Notes: generated from the sequence alone by a model not told the origin. A stretch of DNA of 61,262 bases from Eubacteriales bacterium (GCA_045648705.1 JAZROO010000024.1:1-61262), one strand, 5' to 3'. Positions 25,821 through 36,362 are shown, numbered from the stretch's first letter. Program-made: numbers and translations.

Positions 25821-28418
25821 ATGGCTGGCAAAAGTTTAATGGATCAATTTTTTGAAATCAAAGAACAATACAATGACCATATTTTATTTTTTAGAGTCGG
25901 CGATTTTTATGAAATGTTTTATGATGACGCCTATACCGCTTCTAAAGAACTGGATTTAACATTGACCGGAAAAAAGTGCGGTGAAAACAAACGTGCACCG
26001 ATGTGCGGTGTTCCTTTTCATAGCGCTGATACATACGTTGCAAGATTGGTACAAAGAGGATATAAAGTAGCAATTTGTGAACAAACTTCCGACCCTGCTA
26101 CAACGAAAGGTGTTGTTGACCGTGAAGTAGTCAGAGTAATAACACCCGGCACAGTGGCGGACGGTTCTATGCTGAGTGAGGATAAAAATAACTTTCTTTG
26201 CAGTATTGTTGAAAAAGATGGGTTTGGTAGTATCTGTTTTGCGGATATTTCTACGGGAGAAATTCATTTAACTTCATTTGAGAATGATTTTGAGAACTTA
26301 TCCTGCAATGAACTATGCAAATTTATGCCGAGTGAGATTTTGGTTTCAAATGATCTGTTGTTAAGATTTCCAAAGCTTAAAGAATATATAAAGTCAAAAA
26401 TTGCTCCGTTGGTTACTTTAATGGATCCGTTGGACGCTAAAGAAATGACGGAATCCATTTGTAAGCATTTTTCCATACAAAATATTGAGCAAATTGGACT
26501 TAGCGATCGTTTTGATGCACAATACTGTTTGTTTTATCTTTTGTTCTATGTTCAAACGACGCAAAAGTGCGAAATTAATCATTTAAACCAAATCGAAGTA
26601 TATTCCAATGCACAATATATGCAACTTGATATTGCCGCCAGAAGAAATTTGGAACTGGTGCAAGGAATGCGCTCGGGTGATACAAAGGGCTCGTTGTTTC
26701 ATGTTTTGAATAAAACAAAATCGGCACACGGTAAACGTATGTTGATTGGTTTTATTGAACGTCCGTTGCTTTCCATTGTGGATATCAATCGTCGACTTGA
26801 TGCAGTTGAAAACCTGAATGCTTCTCCAATTACCAGAGAGCATATTCAAAAGTTGATGTATGAAATCTATGATTTGGAGCGCTTGATTACAAGAATAATG
26901 TATCGTAGGGCTACTCCCAAGGATTTTATATCTTTGCGCCAAACTTTTGCAGTATTGCCGGAAATTAAATCTCTTGTATCGGAATTTTCGTCACAAAGAT
27001 TACGTTATATCCATCAAAATATTGACGAGTTGCAAGATTTGCGCGAATTGTTTGATCGCGCCATTGAAGAGAATGCTTCCACAGTGATGCGCGATGGTGG
27101 TTATATTCGAGAAGGATATAATGCAACTTTAGATGAATATAAGAGGCTCAAAGAGGATTCCACGGCTGTAGTTCGTCAGATGCAGGAAAGCGAACGAGAA
27201 CGCACCGGAATTAAGAATCTGAAGATCAGTTACAATCGCGTATTCGGCTATTATATTGAAGTTACCAAAGCTTATTTTGATAAAATCCCGGATAATTATA
27301 TTCGAAAGCAAACGCTTTTGGATAAAGAACGTATGATTACACCGGAACTCAAAGATCTGGAATATAAAATCATAACTGCTAAAGATAAGATGGTTGCGCT
27401 GGAGCAACAACTTTTTGATGAATTGGTAAAAGTTGCTTCTGAAAATTATTACCGCATCAGAACCACGGCCGCCGCTTTGGCAGAATTGGATGTATTTTGC
27501 TCTCTTTCGCAGGTATCAATGGAGCAAAACTATGTTCGCCCTGAACTTTCTGAGGGAACGGAACTTGATTTTTCGGAGGGTCGTCATCCTGTTGTTGAAA
27601 AAAATCTGAAAGACTCATTGTTTGTTCCTAATGATATTCACCTTAATTCATCTGATGCCAGAATTATGATTATTACAGGACCCAATATGGGCGGTAAATC
27701 TACTTATATGCGCCAAATCGCAGTGATTTCGATTATGGCACAGATAGGATGTTTTGTTCCTGCAAAAAGCGCGAAAATCGGCGTTATTGATAAAATCTTT
27801 ACGCGTGTAGGTGCTTCAGATGACCTTTCTGCCGGTGATTCAACGTTTATGGTTGAAATGAAAGAAGTTGCTTATATTTTGCAAAATGCCACACCCAGAA
27901 GTTTGCTGATTCTGGATGAGATTGGCAGAGGAACTTCTACTTTGGATGGTATGAGTATCGCACAAGCTGTTCTTGAACATCTTGCGCAAAAGAAATCATT
28001 GCAGGCAAAGACATTGTTTGCAACTCACTATCATGAACTTTGCGAACTTGAAGATGCTTTTAGTGGAATTGTGAACTTTAACGTTTCTGTTAAAAAACGT
28101 GGTGATCAGGTGATTTTTCTGCGCAAAGTTGTTCAGGGGGGCGCTGATAACAGCTATGGCATCGATGTTGCTGCTCTTGCAGGAATACCCAAGCCTGTTG
28201 TAAATCGCGCCAGAGAGATTTTGGACAAGCTTTCACTTGAACAAGGAAACCCAATTCCAAAAGTTAAATCGCAACAAGAGCAACCGCAAATGTCGTTTGG
28301 TGATTTTACTGCGCAGGAGATATGCGACGAACTGAAGAAATTGGATGTTAGTACATTAACACCTATTGAAGCAATATCCAAATTATTTGATTTGTCAAAT
28401 AAAGCCAAAAACGGATAA
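25821..28418 (+). CDS. mutS: DNA mismatch repair protein MutS
   Basis: FRVGDFYEMF, PMCGVP, GPNMGGKST, DEIGRGT, ATHYHEL, SYGIDVA. Confidence 0.98.
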   Translation: MAGKSLMDQFFEIKEQYNDHILFFRVGDFYEMFYDDAYTASKELDLTLTGKKCGENKRAPMCGVPFHSADTYVARLVQRGYKVAICEQTSDPATTKGVVDREVVRVITPGTVADGSMLSEDKNNFLCSIVEKDGFGSICFADISTGEIHLTSFENDFENLSCNELCKFMPSEILVSNDLLLRFPKLKEYIKSKIAPLVTLMDPLDAKEMTESICKHFSIQNIEQIGLSDRFDAQYCLFYLLFYVQTTQKCEINHLNQIEVYSNAQYMQLDIAARRNLELVQGMRSGDTKGSLFHVLNKTKSAHGKRMLIGFIERPLLSIVDINRRLDAVENLNASPITREHIQKLMYEIYDLERLITRIMYRRATPKDFISLRQTFAVLPEIKSLVSEFSSQRLRYIHQNIDELQDLRELFDRAIEENASTVMRDGGYIREGYNATLDEYKRLKEDSTAVVRQMQESERERTGIKNLKISYNRVFGYYIEVTKAYFDKIPDNYIRKQTLLDKERMITPELKDLEYKIITAKDKMVALEQQLFDELVKVASENYYRIRTTAAALAELDVFCSLSQVSMEQNYVRPELSEGTELDFSEGRHPVVEKNLKDSLFVPNDIHLNSSDARIMIITGPNMGGKSTYMRQIAVISIMAQIGCFVPAKSAKIGVIDKIFTRVGASDDLSAGDSTFMVEMKEVAYILQNATPRSLLILDEIGRGTSTLDGMSIAQAVLEHLAQKKSLQAKTLFATHYHELCELEDAFSGIVNFNVSVKKRGDQVIFLRKVVQGGADNSYGIDVAALAGIPKPVVNRAREILDKLSLEQGNPIPKVKSQQEQPQMSFGDFTAQEICDELKKLDVSTLTPIEAISKLFDLSNKAKNG

Positions 28419-28433
28419 AAAGGAGAAAAGTAA

Positions 28434-30389
28434 GTGAAAATTCGTGTTTTACCGCCTTCTCTTGCCGATAAAATAGCGGCAGGCGAGGTTGTGGAAAGAC
28501 CCGCTTCTGTTGTAAAAGAACTGGTTGAAAATTCGTTGGATGCAGGAGCGAAGAACATTGTTGTTGAAATCAAACGTGGTGGTGTTGCCTTCATTCGTGT
28601 TACGGATGATGGTTGCGGTATGTTGCCCGATGATGCCAAAACTGCGTTTTTAAGACATGCTACCAGTAAGGTGAGCGAAATTAATGATTTGAATAATATT
28701 GTTACGTATGGTTTTCGCGGAGAAGCACTTGCTGCAATCAGTTCGGTTTCACGGATTGAACTTATTACCTGTACCGACTCATCCTCTTCAGCGTTTTATC
28801 TTCAATTAGAAGGTGGGGAAGTTGTTCAAGAGGATGAAATCGGTGCCGCTTTAGGTACGACTGTTATTGTTCGTGATCTCTTTTTCAACACGCCTGCCAG
28901 ACTTCATTTTTTGAAAAAGGATTCAACAGAAGCAGCTGCAATAGCTACCGCCTTAGAAAGAGTTGCAATCGGCCGTCATGATATTTCATTTACTTTGATA
29001 TCGGACGGTAAAACCGTTTTTCGTACAGCAGCCAGTGATGATATGAAAAATGCAATTCATTCGATTTACGGAAGCTCAATCTCAAATAATCTGTTAAAAG
29101 TCGATTTTGAGCATAAAGGCATACAATTGTCGGGATACGCGTGCAAAGCAATAGTGATGCGATCCAACCGAAATATGCAATTTACTTATGTAAATGACCG
29201 CTTTGTTAAATCTAAATTAATATATCACGGTATTGATGAAGCTTATCGTAGTGTAAGTGAGACAAAGAAACACCCGGTTTGCTTTGTAAAAATTAAAATT
29301 AATCCCTGTGATGTGGATGTTAACGTGCATCCTGCAAAGCTTGAGGTTAAGTTTAGAGATGAATCGGGCATTATAGTTGCTTTGAAATATGGGTTATATG
29401 ATGCGGTGACTTCTGACATTCCCATCGGACTTTCTGCCATAGATGATCAGCCTGTATTTTTAAATCAATTCGTCAATTCCGAGAGAAGAGATGAGCCCGA
29501 AACACCACCGATTTTTTCTTCTGCGCCTGATTACTATACTGACAAAAAATATGCTGAGCAGAATTTAAGTGATGATCTTACTTCAGAATTTTCGCAAAAA
29601 AATGCGGAAGAAATTATGGCACAATATGGGTGGGCAATCATTTCAGATAAACCAAGTGAGCAGCCGCAACAGGAAGTTCAAGTTAGCTTTGAAGCAGAAT
29701 TTGAAAGCGAAAAAAGCAGTCTGTTTGTAAAGGAAGAACGTGAACTCCCCGAGCTTAAAAGCGTAGATGAGTACTTTTCAAGCGTTGCTGCCAATCTGTG
29801 TGATATTCCTGCCGATATGCATTTGTTGGGCGAAATTTTCGGCGTTTATATTGTGATTGAGTATCGAGACGTCTTGTACTTGGTGGATAAGCATGCTGCG
29901 CATGAAAAGGTTATTTTTAACCGCCTTGTGCTTGAGGCTGAGAGAAATCTCACAATTTCGGCGCAAAGGCTTATAGAGCCTATTCCGATCGTACTACCGC
30001 CATCGGATATGGATGATGTTTTGCAAAACGCCCCGTTGTTTTTCACCTCTGGTTTTGATTTTCAGGAAAGTGATTCAGATCACCTTTTGATTACAGCTGT
30101 TCCTAGTTTATTGCCAAAAGATTCTTACATAGGTGTTTTTACCGATTTGCTACAGGCAATACAAAGCAAACGAAGCATTTCTGTTACAGAACGTAAGGAA
30201 AAGATGCTGAAAACTATTGCTTGCAGATGTGCGATTAAAGGTGGAAAGCCCTGCAAAATTGAGGAACTTGTTCCCTTGATTAAAGAGTTGCTGATGGGTA
30301 AAGATGTTACTTATTGTCCGCATGGAAGACCAATTGTTTGGGCTATGACGCACAAAGATATTGATAAACAGTTTAAGAGGATCAAGTAA
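28434..30389 (+). CDS. mutL: DNA mismatch repair endonuclease MutL
   Basis: KIAAGEVVERPASVVKELVENSLDAGA, GFRGEAL, DVNVHPAK, ACR, CPHGRP; GTG start. Confidence 0.97.
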   Translation: MKIRVLPPSLADKIAAGEVVERPASVVKELVENSLDAGAKNIVVEIKRGGVAFIRVTDDGCGMLPDDAKTAFLRHATSKVSEINDLNNIVTYGFRGEALAAISSVSRIELITCTDSSSSAFYLQLEGGEVVQEDEIGAALGTTVIVRDLFFNTPARLHFLKKDSTEAAAIATALERVAIGRHDISFTLISDGKTVFRTAASDDMKNAIHSIYGSSISNNLLKVDFEHKGIQLSGYACKAIVMRSNRNMQFTYVNDRFVKSKLIYHGIDEAYRSVSETKKHPVCFVKIKINPCDVDVNVHPAKLEVKFRDESGIIVALKYGLYDAVTSDIPIGLSAIDDQPVFLNQFVNSERRDEPETPPIFSSAPDYYTDKKYAEQNLSDDLTSEFSQKNAEEIMAQYGWAIISDKPSEQPQQEVQVSFEAEFESEKSSLFVKEERELPELKSVDEYFSSVAANLCDIPADMHLLGEIFGVYIVIEYRDVLYLVDKHAAHEKVIFNRLVLEAERNLTISAQRLIEPIPIVLPPSDMDDVLQNAPLFFTSGFDFQESDSDHLLITAVPSLLPKDSYIGVFTDLLQAIQSKRSISVTERKEKMLKTIACRCAIKGGKPCKIEELVPLIKELLMGKDVTYCPHGRPIVWAMTHKDIDKQFKRIK

Positions 30390-31309
30390 TGAAAATAATC
30401 ATATCTGTTGTAGGTCCGACAGCGTCCGGCAAGACTGCACTGTCCGTTGGCTTGGCAAAACATTTTGATGCTGAGATTGTATCGGTTGATTCTATGCAGA
30501 TTTACCGAAAAATGAATGTTGGAACTGCAAAAGTCACTTGTGAGGAACAGCAGGGAATCACTCACCATATGATTGATTGTCTTGAGCCAACCCAAAATTG
30601 TAATGTACAAAGGTTTGTTTCCATGGCCCGAGCGGCAGTTGATGACGTATTAAGCAGAGGCAAGAAATGCATTTTGGCAGGTGGAACCGGTTTGTATGTC
30701 GATCATTTACTGTCAGATACAAAATTTGTTGACATACCTACCGATTTTGAACTTCGCGATAAACTGAATAATTTACCTAACGATGAGTTACTTGCTATGC
30801 TTGAAAGCAAAGATCCGGATTCGTTTGCTAAATTACATGCGAATGATAAAAAGCGGATTGTACGGGCGCTTGAGGTTGTCTTGTTGACGGGTAAAAGCAT
30901 TTCCGTTTGGGACGCTTTAAGTCATTTTGAGAGTGATCCTTTGGATGCGGTTACAATCGGACTGAATTTTGTTGATAGAGAACAACTGTATGCACGTATC
31001 GACAAGAGAGTCGATCTGATGATTGAAAACGGACTTTTGAATGAAGTGGAGCAACTTATAAAGTTAGGCGGTTTTGTTGGCTCCACTGCTTCCGCCGGGA
31101 TCGGATACAAAGAACTGATTTCTTACTTTAATAATGAAATTACTTTGGATGAGGCTATCTTGCAAATTAAGAAAAACACAAGACATTATGCCAAACGCCA
31201 ACTAACTTGGTTTCGCCGTAATAAAAATATACAATGGATCGAAATATCAGAAAATAAAACCTCTTTTGATATCTTAAATGAGGCAATTGAAATTGTTGAT
31301 AGGAGTTAA
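30389..31309 (+). CDS. miaA: tRNA dimethylallyltransferase
   Basis: GPTASGKT, DSMQIY, GGTGLY, RHYAKRQLTWF. Confidence 0.97.
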   Translation: MKIIISVVGPTASGKTALSVGLAKHFDAEIVSVDSMQIYRKMNVGTAKVTCEEQQGITHHMIDCLEPTQNCNVQRFVSMARAAVDDVLSRGKKCILAGGTGLYVDHLLSDTKFVDIPTDFELRDKLNNLPNDELLAMLESKDPDSFAKLHANDKKRIVRALEVVLLTGKSISVWDALSHFESDPLDAVTIGLNFVDREQLYARIDKRVDLMIENGLLNEVEQLIKLGGFVGSTASAGIGYKELISYFNNEITLDEAILQIKKNTRHYAKRQLTWFRRNKNIQWIEISENKTSFDILNEAIEIVDRS

Positions 31310-31312
31310 GTG

Positions 31313-32527
31313 ATGAAAACTTCTGCGTTCATCAAATTTATTATTTCGCTGGTTGCTATAGTTGTGATTTTACTTTTGATTGTACAAATCTACAACTATT
31401 CATTTCGGGCGATTAAAACTGAATATGCGATCAAGGCTACCATGGAAGATTCTTTCGAGGTTGACGGTATAGTTTGTCGAAACGAGTATTTGTTGAACAA
31501 AGATGACGTAGGCTATTATGACATTATTCTTAATAATGGAGCAAAGGTTTCCAAAGGCGGAATGATAGCAGGTATTTATTCCAAAGAAGCAGATGTTAAA
31601 GCTAAAGAGCGGATAAGACAGTTACAGGCTCAAATTGATGAATATAATTCTGCTGTTTCTGCAAAAAGTTCGTATACCGGCGATTCTTCGATTTATGATC
31701 AAAATATACAAAGTGCGCTATCCGATTATGCAGGTGCAATTCAAAACCGGGATTCCTTTGTGGCGCAAGAATCTTTGGAACTTTTCAAAAAACAAATATT
31801 AATAAAAGAAATCATCTCTGGTGCCAATACGGATTATGAGAAAATTATTGAACAGTTACAAGGAGAAATCAAGGAATTAGAAGCATCAATAAGTGGTGGT
31901 GTTAAAAATGTTTATGCCGATCAATCCGGATTTTTCACAACTGATGTTGATGGGTTTGAAAATAAAGTTTCGCCTCAAAAAATGCAAGATTTAACGATCA
32001 ATGATTTTAGAAACTTGTATTCTGAAATTTCTGAAAAAGAGGACAAGCCTGTCGAGAAACTTGGCAAAATTGTTTTAGGGTATTTTTCAAATTACTATTT
32101 TGTTGCCGCAAATACTGCAATGGAAGACTATGAAATAGGAGATTCAATTTATTTGCGGTTTCCATCAGTGTCTGAAGATAAAATCAAATGTCAAATAGTA
32201 TCCTTGGCAAAGGATCAGAGTAACGTTTTGGTTGGCGTTTCGTGTGCGAAAGCACATGCTGAATTGTTTTCCGGTCGCATTTCAAAGGCTAAGGTAATTA
32301 CCAAATCTTACAACGGAATACGTGTAGATAAAGACAGTATTCGTATTGTTGATGGTGAAAATGGTGTTTATGTAAAGGTTGGATCCATCGTTAAATTTAA
32401 AAAAGTTAATATTTTATATATGGGCACAACTTATGCCTTGATTGAAGAAACCAAAAACGGTGTTGTTGCCTTTGATGAAGTGATCGTGGGCGGAAGAGAT
32501 ATTTATGACGGCAAAATATTGTCATAG
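31313..32527 (+). CDS. Membrane-anchored HlyD/MFP-like protein of unknown function preceding yggS
   Basis: N-terminal TM helix, G..V.KG lipoyl-like half-motif, central coiled coil, ADQSGFF, beta-barrel-like C-terminus; no transporter gene alongside. Confidence 0.7.
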   Translation: MKTSAFIKFIISLVAIVVILLLIVQIYNYSFRAIKTEYAIKATMEDSFEVDGIVCRNEYLLNKDDVGYYDIILNNGAKVSKGGMIAGIYSKEADVKAKERIRQLQAQIDEYNSAVSAKSSYTGDSSIYDQNIQSALSDYAGAIQNRDSFVAQESLELFKKQILIKEIISGANTDYEKIIEQLQGEIKELEASISGGVKNVYADQSGFFTTDVDGFENKVSPQKMQDLTINDFRNLYSEISEKEDKPVEKLGKIVLGYFSNYYFVAANTAMEDYEIGDSIYLRFPSVSEDKIKCQIVSLAKDQSNVLVGVSCAKAHAELFSGRISKAKVITKSYNGIRVDKDSIRIVDGENGVYVKVGSIVKFKKVNILYMGTTYALIEETKNGVVAFDEVIVGGRDIYDGKILS

Positions 32528-32536
32528 AGGTGCATC

Positions 32537-33214
32537 ATGCAGGATATTTTAATTGAAAATCTAAATAAAATTCGATCAAAAATAGGGGACAAAAACGTCA
32601 CCTTGCTCGCAGTTACAAAAACGGTTCCTTTGGAGCGCATTAATGTTGCGATTGCAGAGGGTGGAGTGCGGTATATTGGTGAAAACAGAGTCCAAGAACT
32701 TTTGCAAAAATATGATGGACTTGTGATGCGAGATCAACTGCACATTCACTTGATCGGAAGATTACAAACTAATAAGGTAAAATATATCATTGATAAGGTT
32801 GAGTTGATACAGTCGGTTGATTCGTATAGATTGATTGATGAAATTCAAAAACAAGCCGCAAAAATTGGCAAGGTACAAGAAATATTGATAGAAATCAATA
32901 TTGGCTCAGAAGAAAGCAAAGGCGGTATTAAACCGCAAGAGCTTAAGGAAATGTTGCGGTATCTTGATGGTTGTCCTAATGTTCGGTGGAAGGGCTTGAT
33001 GTGTGTGCCGCCGATCAGTGATGATGAAAATGAACTTTCCTTGTATTTCAATAATATGAAAAAATTATTGGTTGACAATGTTGACAAAAAGTTAGATAAT
33101 ATAAATAACTATATTTTATCTATGGGTATGTCTAATGACTATGAAGTGGCGATTGAAGCTGGCAGTACGATGATTCGAGTCGGCAGTGCTTTGTTCGGCG
33201 CCAGAAATTATTAA
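32537..33214 (+). CDS. yggS: PLP homeostasis protein (YggS/YlmE)
   Basis: LLAVTK, GENRVQE, HLIGRLQTNKVK, LSMGMSND, RVGSALFG. Confidence 0.96.
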   Translation: MQDILIENLNKIRSKIGDKNVTLLAVTKTVPLERINVAIAEGGVRYIGENRVQELLQKYDGLVMRDQLHIHLIGRLQTNKVKYIIDKVELIQSVDSYRLIDEIQKQAAKIGKVQEILIEINIGSEESKGGIKPQELKEMLRYLDGCPNVRWKGLMCVPPISDDENELSLYFNNMKKLLVDNVDKKLDNINNYILSMGMSNDYEVAIEAGSTMIRVGSALFGARNY

Positions 33215-33231
33215 TTTGGAGGAATTTTTTG

Positions 33232-33777
33232 ATGGAATGGTGGACAAAACTTAAAAGAGTTATGGGTGTTCCTGAAGACGAATTTATTGAAGAGGAAATG
33301 CAATCACCCGTTTATGAAACCGAAAACAAAAGAGATCAGTTCTTTTCTGATAGATTTAGTGATTCTATGTATGATAATGCGGGTGAATCCGGCGGCTTTA
33401 GTTATTCTTCAGCGCCTAAAAATGAGCCTCGTCGAGAGGTACGTCGTGAGGCACGTAAGTCGGGGGCACGTGATGAGAAATTTGTAAACGTCAGCGCCAC
33501 TGCGCAATTGCAAGTTGTTCTTGTCAAACCCGAAGATTTTCAAGAAGCCGCTAAAATTGCTGATCACTTGATCAATCGTAAGACTGTTCTGCTGAATTTA
33601 GAGGGCGCTGACAGAGAAATGGTACGTCGTATGATTGATTTTCTCAGAGGTGTCACTTATGCTTTGAACGGTACTCTTAAGAGAGTGGCCAACGGAACGT
33701 TTATTGTGACCCCTTATGATGTAAATATCATGGGTGATGTTTTAGATGAACTCAGAATGGATAGAGTGGTATTTTAA
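33232..33777 (+). CDS. sepF: Cell division protein SepF
   Basis: P..F.EA.KIADHL, VLLNLE, RMIDFLRGVTYAL, FIVTP. Confidence 0.93.
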   Translation: MEWWTKLKRVMGVPEDEFIEEEMQSPVYETENKRDQFFSDRFSDSMYDNAGESGGFSYSSAPKNEPRREVRREARKSGARDEKFVNVSATAQLQVVLVKPEDFQEAAKIADHLINRKTVLLNLEGADREMVRRMIDFLRGVTYALNGTLKRVANGTFIVTPYDVNIMGDVLDELRMDRVVF

Positions 33778-34034
33778 TGTTTCCTCTTGTTCGACTTGTT
33801 TTAATAAATTTATTAAGCATTTTTGAGGCAGTTTTATTGGTTTATTGTATATGTTCTTGGATAATCAGAGATCCATACAATAAATTTTATAGAATTTTAT
33901 GCCGTATTTGCGATCCTGTTTTAAATCCGATACGTTCACTTTTGCAGCGTGTTTCGTTTATGCAAAGTATCCCGATTGATTTTTCGCCATATCTCTTGTT
34001 ACTTCTTTTGAGATTATTGGTTCGTTTTATTTAA
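33777..34034 (+). CDS. YggT/YlmG membrane protein
   Basis: ICSWI...RICDPVLNPIR...IDFSP motif; follows sepF. Confidence 0.9.
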   Translation: MFPLVRLVLINLLSIFEAVLLVYCICSWIIRDPYNKFYRILCRICDPVLNPIRSLLQRVSFMQSIPIDFSPYLLLLLLRLLVRFI

Positions 34035-34040
34035 GTTAGT

Positions 34041-34766
34041 ATGTTAGTTCGATATTTAGAAGAGAAAATCTCATCTTGCTATGTTTATGAAACTGCCCAG
34101 TATACTGATTTTTTAACCATGGAAGAAGTTGCGACTGCAGAAGCAACGGTGCGCAACAGTGGCCTTTTTTATGCGTTTTATGGCGGTTATGAACATGCTG
34201 AGCGCAAAATGCTTATACTTTCTCTTGAGGAAGTTACCCCGGAATATCCTTATACTATTCTTTGCGGCAGTTGGGATCGCTTTTGTGAAATATCTCATCG
34301 TGATGTTCTTGGGGCGGTAATGGCATGCGGCATTGAAAGAAAATGTATTGGTGACATCCTATTTGATACCGAGAATCGTAAATTTTATTTGTTTTCTGTT
34401 GCACGTATGGCTGATTATATTAGTCAGAACGTGTCTCAAATCGGTAAAGCCAGTGTTGTTTGGTCAACTGTAAATGATATAGCAGTTTTACCTGTGAAAA
34501 CAGCAACAAATTCCAAAGTGTCGGTTTCTTCTTTGCGAATAGACGCGGTGATTGCCGCTGTATTTCATCTTTCAAGACAGAAAGCGCAAGACGCAATTTT
34601 TGAAAAGAAGGTATTTGTAAACCATTCACTTGTAAGCAAAGTAACTCAAAATATCCAAGTCGGTGATTCGATAGTGCTCAGGGGGCACGGAAAAGTTATT
34701 TTTCTAGAACAAAGCGGCTTTTCTAAAAAAGGAAAACTTTATATTTTAATCAAAAAATATATTTAA
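34041..34766 (+). CDS. ylmH: YlmH/Sll1252 S4-domain RNA-binding protein
   Basis: TDFL, GGYEHAERK, HRDVLGA, GDI, SSLRIDAVI, GDSIVLRGHGK. Confidence 0.9.
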   Translation: MLVRYLEEKISSCYVYETAQYTDFLTMEEVATAEATVRNSGLFYAFYGGYEHAERKMLILSLEEVTPEYPYTILCGSWDRFCEISHRDVLGAVMACGIERKCIGDILFDTENRKFYLFSVARMADYISQNVSQIGKASVVWSTVNDIAVLPVKTATNSKVSVSSLRIDAVIAAVFHLSRQKAQDAIFEKKVFVNHSLVSKVTQNIQVGDSIVLRGHGKVIFLEQSGFSKKGKLYILIKKYI

Positions 34767-34779
34767 ATGGAGGCAATCT

Positions 34780-35838
34780 ATGTTACAGCCGGAAGAAATT
34801 CAAAAAATCACATTTGAACAAAGCGTTTTTAGTGGTTATAAGAAAGAAGACGTCGATGCGTTTTTAGATAAAATGTATATCGAATATTCTCATCTGTATA
34901 ATGAAAATGCAGAGTTAGTTGAAAAATTAAAGGTTTGTATTTCCAAAATTGAGGAATACAGACAAGACGAAAAGTTTTTGAAAGCGGCTATCGTAAATGC
35001 TCAAAAGCTTAATGAAACTGCAGAGCAAGAACTTGAAATTAAAAGACAGGAAATTGAAGGCATTGCCAATAAAAAGGCAGAAGAAATTTTGGCAAACGCT
35101 CAAGTTGAAGCGCAAAAAATAACTGATGAAAGTAATCAAAAAATTGCGGACATCAAAGAAAAAAATGCACGTGAATTTGCTGAGCAACAGTTGGAAAATG
35201 CCAATTTATTTGCTGCAAAAATGCGTGAATATGATGCTAAAATTGCAGAAAAACAGGACGAGTTAGATGCCTTGATTAGCAAGATTGATGAGATCAGAGC
35301 ATCCACAATTACGTTGTTTGAACATCAAATCAGCGTGATTTCTTCTTTGCCGAAAGTAGAGAAGCCCGAGCTAAAGCAAGAGAACGTAATTGAAGAAGAG
35401 GAAGCTTCTTTGGTCGTTGAGCCGCAGGATCAGCCACTTGAAGACGATTTTTCCGAGAATGATCAAGCAACAGTTGACGAGATAATTGAAAACGAATCTG
35501 AACCTGTTGAGCAAGCAGAAGAATCAGTCGTAGAGCCGATTGATGAAGATGATGCTATAGAACCTGTTTTGGAGCAGATGGATATTGAAGATTTGATTGC
35601 GGTCAGACCTTCTCCTGTTGAGCCTGAAGCGCCTGTTTTGGTTTTTGACGAAGAGGAAGATGATGCGCCAGAGCAAGAGCAGCAAGAGTTTCGCTTATTT
35701 GGCAGTGATTCGCCGCTGATTTTCCCGGACGATATTTCTGACGATGAAGAAGAGCAAGTTGTTGAGGAAAAAAGTACTTCCAGATTTAAGAAGAAACTGA
35801 AATTTGGCGTAGATTTTGATGTAAAGAAAGATAAATAA
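34780..35838 (+). CDS. divIVA: DivIVA-domain protein with long acidic C-terminal tail
   Basis: PEEIQKITF...SGYKKEDVDAFLD N-terminal domain, coiled coil, then about 150 aa rich in E/D/P. Confidence 0.88.
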   Translation: MLQPEEIQKITFEQSVFSGYKKEDVDAFLDKMYIEYSHLYNENAELVEKLKVCISKIEEYRQDEKFLKAAIVNAQKLNETAEQELEIKRQEIEGIANKKAEEILANAQVEAQKITDESNQKIADIKEKNAREFAEQQLENANLFAAKMREYDAKIAEKQDELDALISKIDEIRASTITLFEHQISVISSLPKVEKPELKQENVIEEEEASLVVEPQDQPLEDDFSENDQATVDEIIENESEPVEQAEESVVEPIDEDDAIEPVLEQMDIEDLIAVRPSPVEPEAPVLVFDEEEDDAPEQEQQEFRLFGSDSPLIFPDDISDDEEEQVVEEKSTSRFKKKLKFGVDFDVKKDK

Positions 35839-36362
35839 TGAGTAGTTTTTTTAAAAAAATTTATTGGATTTTAATTGCTGTTGCAATTGTTGTTGTTGAC
35901 CAAATTACAAAAAATATCATTGTTTCCAATTTGGATTTGTATGAAGAAATCAGCGTTATTCCCGGATTTTTTACCATTACACACATACATAATGAGGGTA
36001 TTGCTTTTGGAATGCTGTCCAAGTTTGGCATGATATCTAAAGTTATTGTTATCATCCTTACGCTTATAATGATTTTAGTGGCGATTTTTATGATTTTGAA
36101 GCGTTGGGTTGCAGGTCCGTTTGGCATTGTTTGCATCAGTTTTATAATCGGTGGCGGAATTGGAAATTTAATTGATCGTGTTCTTTTGCAGTATGTAGTG
36201 GATTTCTTTGCTTTCACTTTTTGGGGCAGGGACTTTGCTATATTTAACGTTGCCGATATTTTTGTGTCAGTGGGCACGATACTTTTTGTTTTCTACTTTC
36301 TTTTTTTACAGAAAGATGAACCTGCCACGATTGAGGAAAAAGATGGAAATCAAGAACTTTAA
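35838..36362 (+). CDS. lspA: Lipoprotein signal peptidase II
   Basis: DQITK, NEGIAFG, GGIGNLIDR, VVDF, FNVAD. Confidence 0.96.
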   Translation: MSSFFKKIYWILIAVAIVVVDQITKNIIVSNLDLYEEISVIPGFFTITHIHNEGIAFGMLSKFGMISKVIVIILTLIMILVAIFMILKRWVAGPFGIVCISFIIGGGIGNLIDRVLLQYVVDFFAFTFWGRDFAIFNVADIFVSVGTILFVFYFLFLQKDEPATIEEKDGNQEL

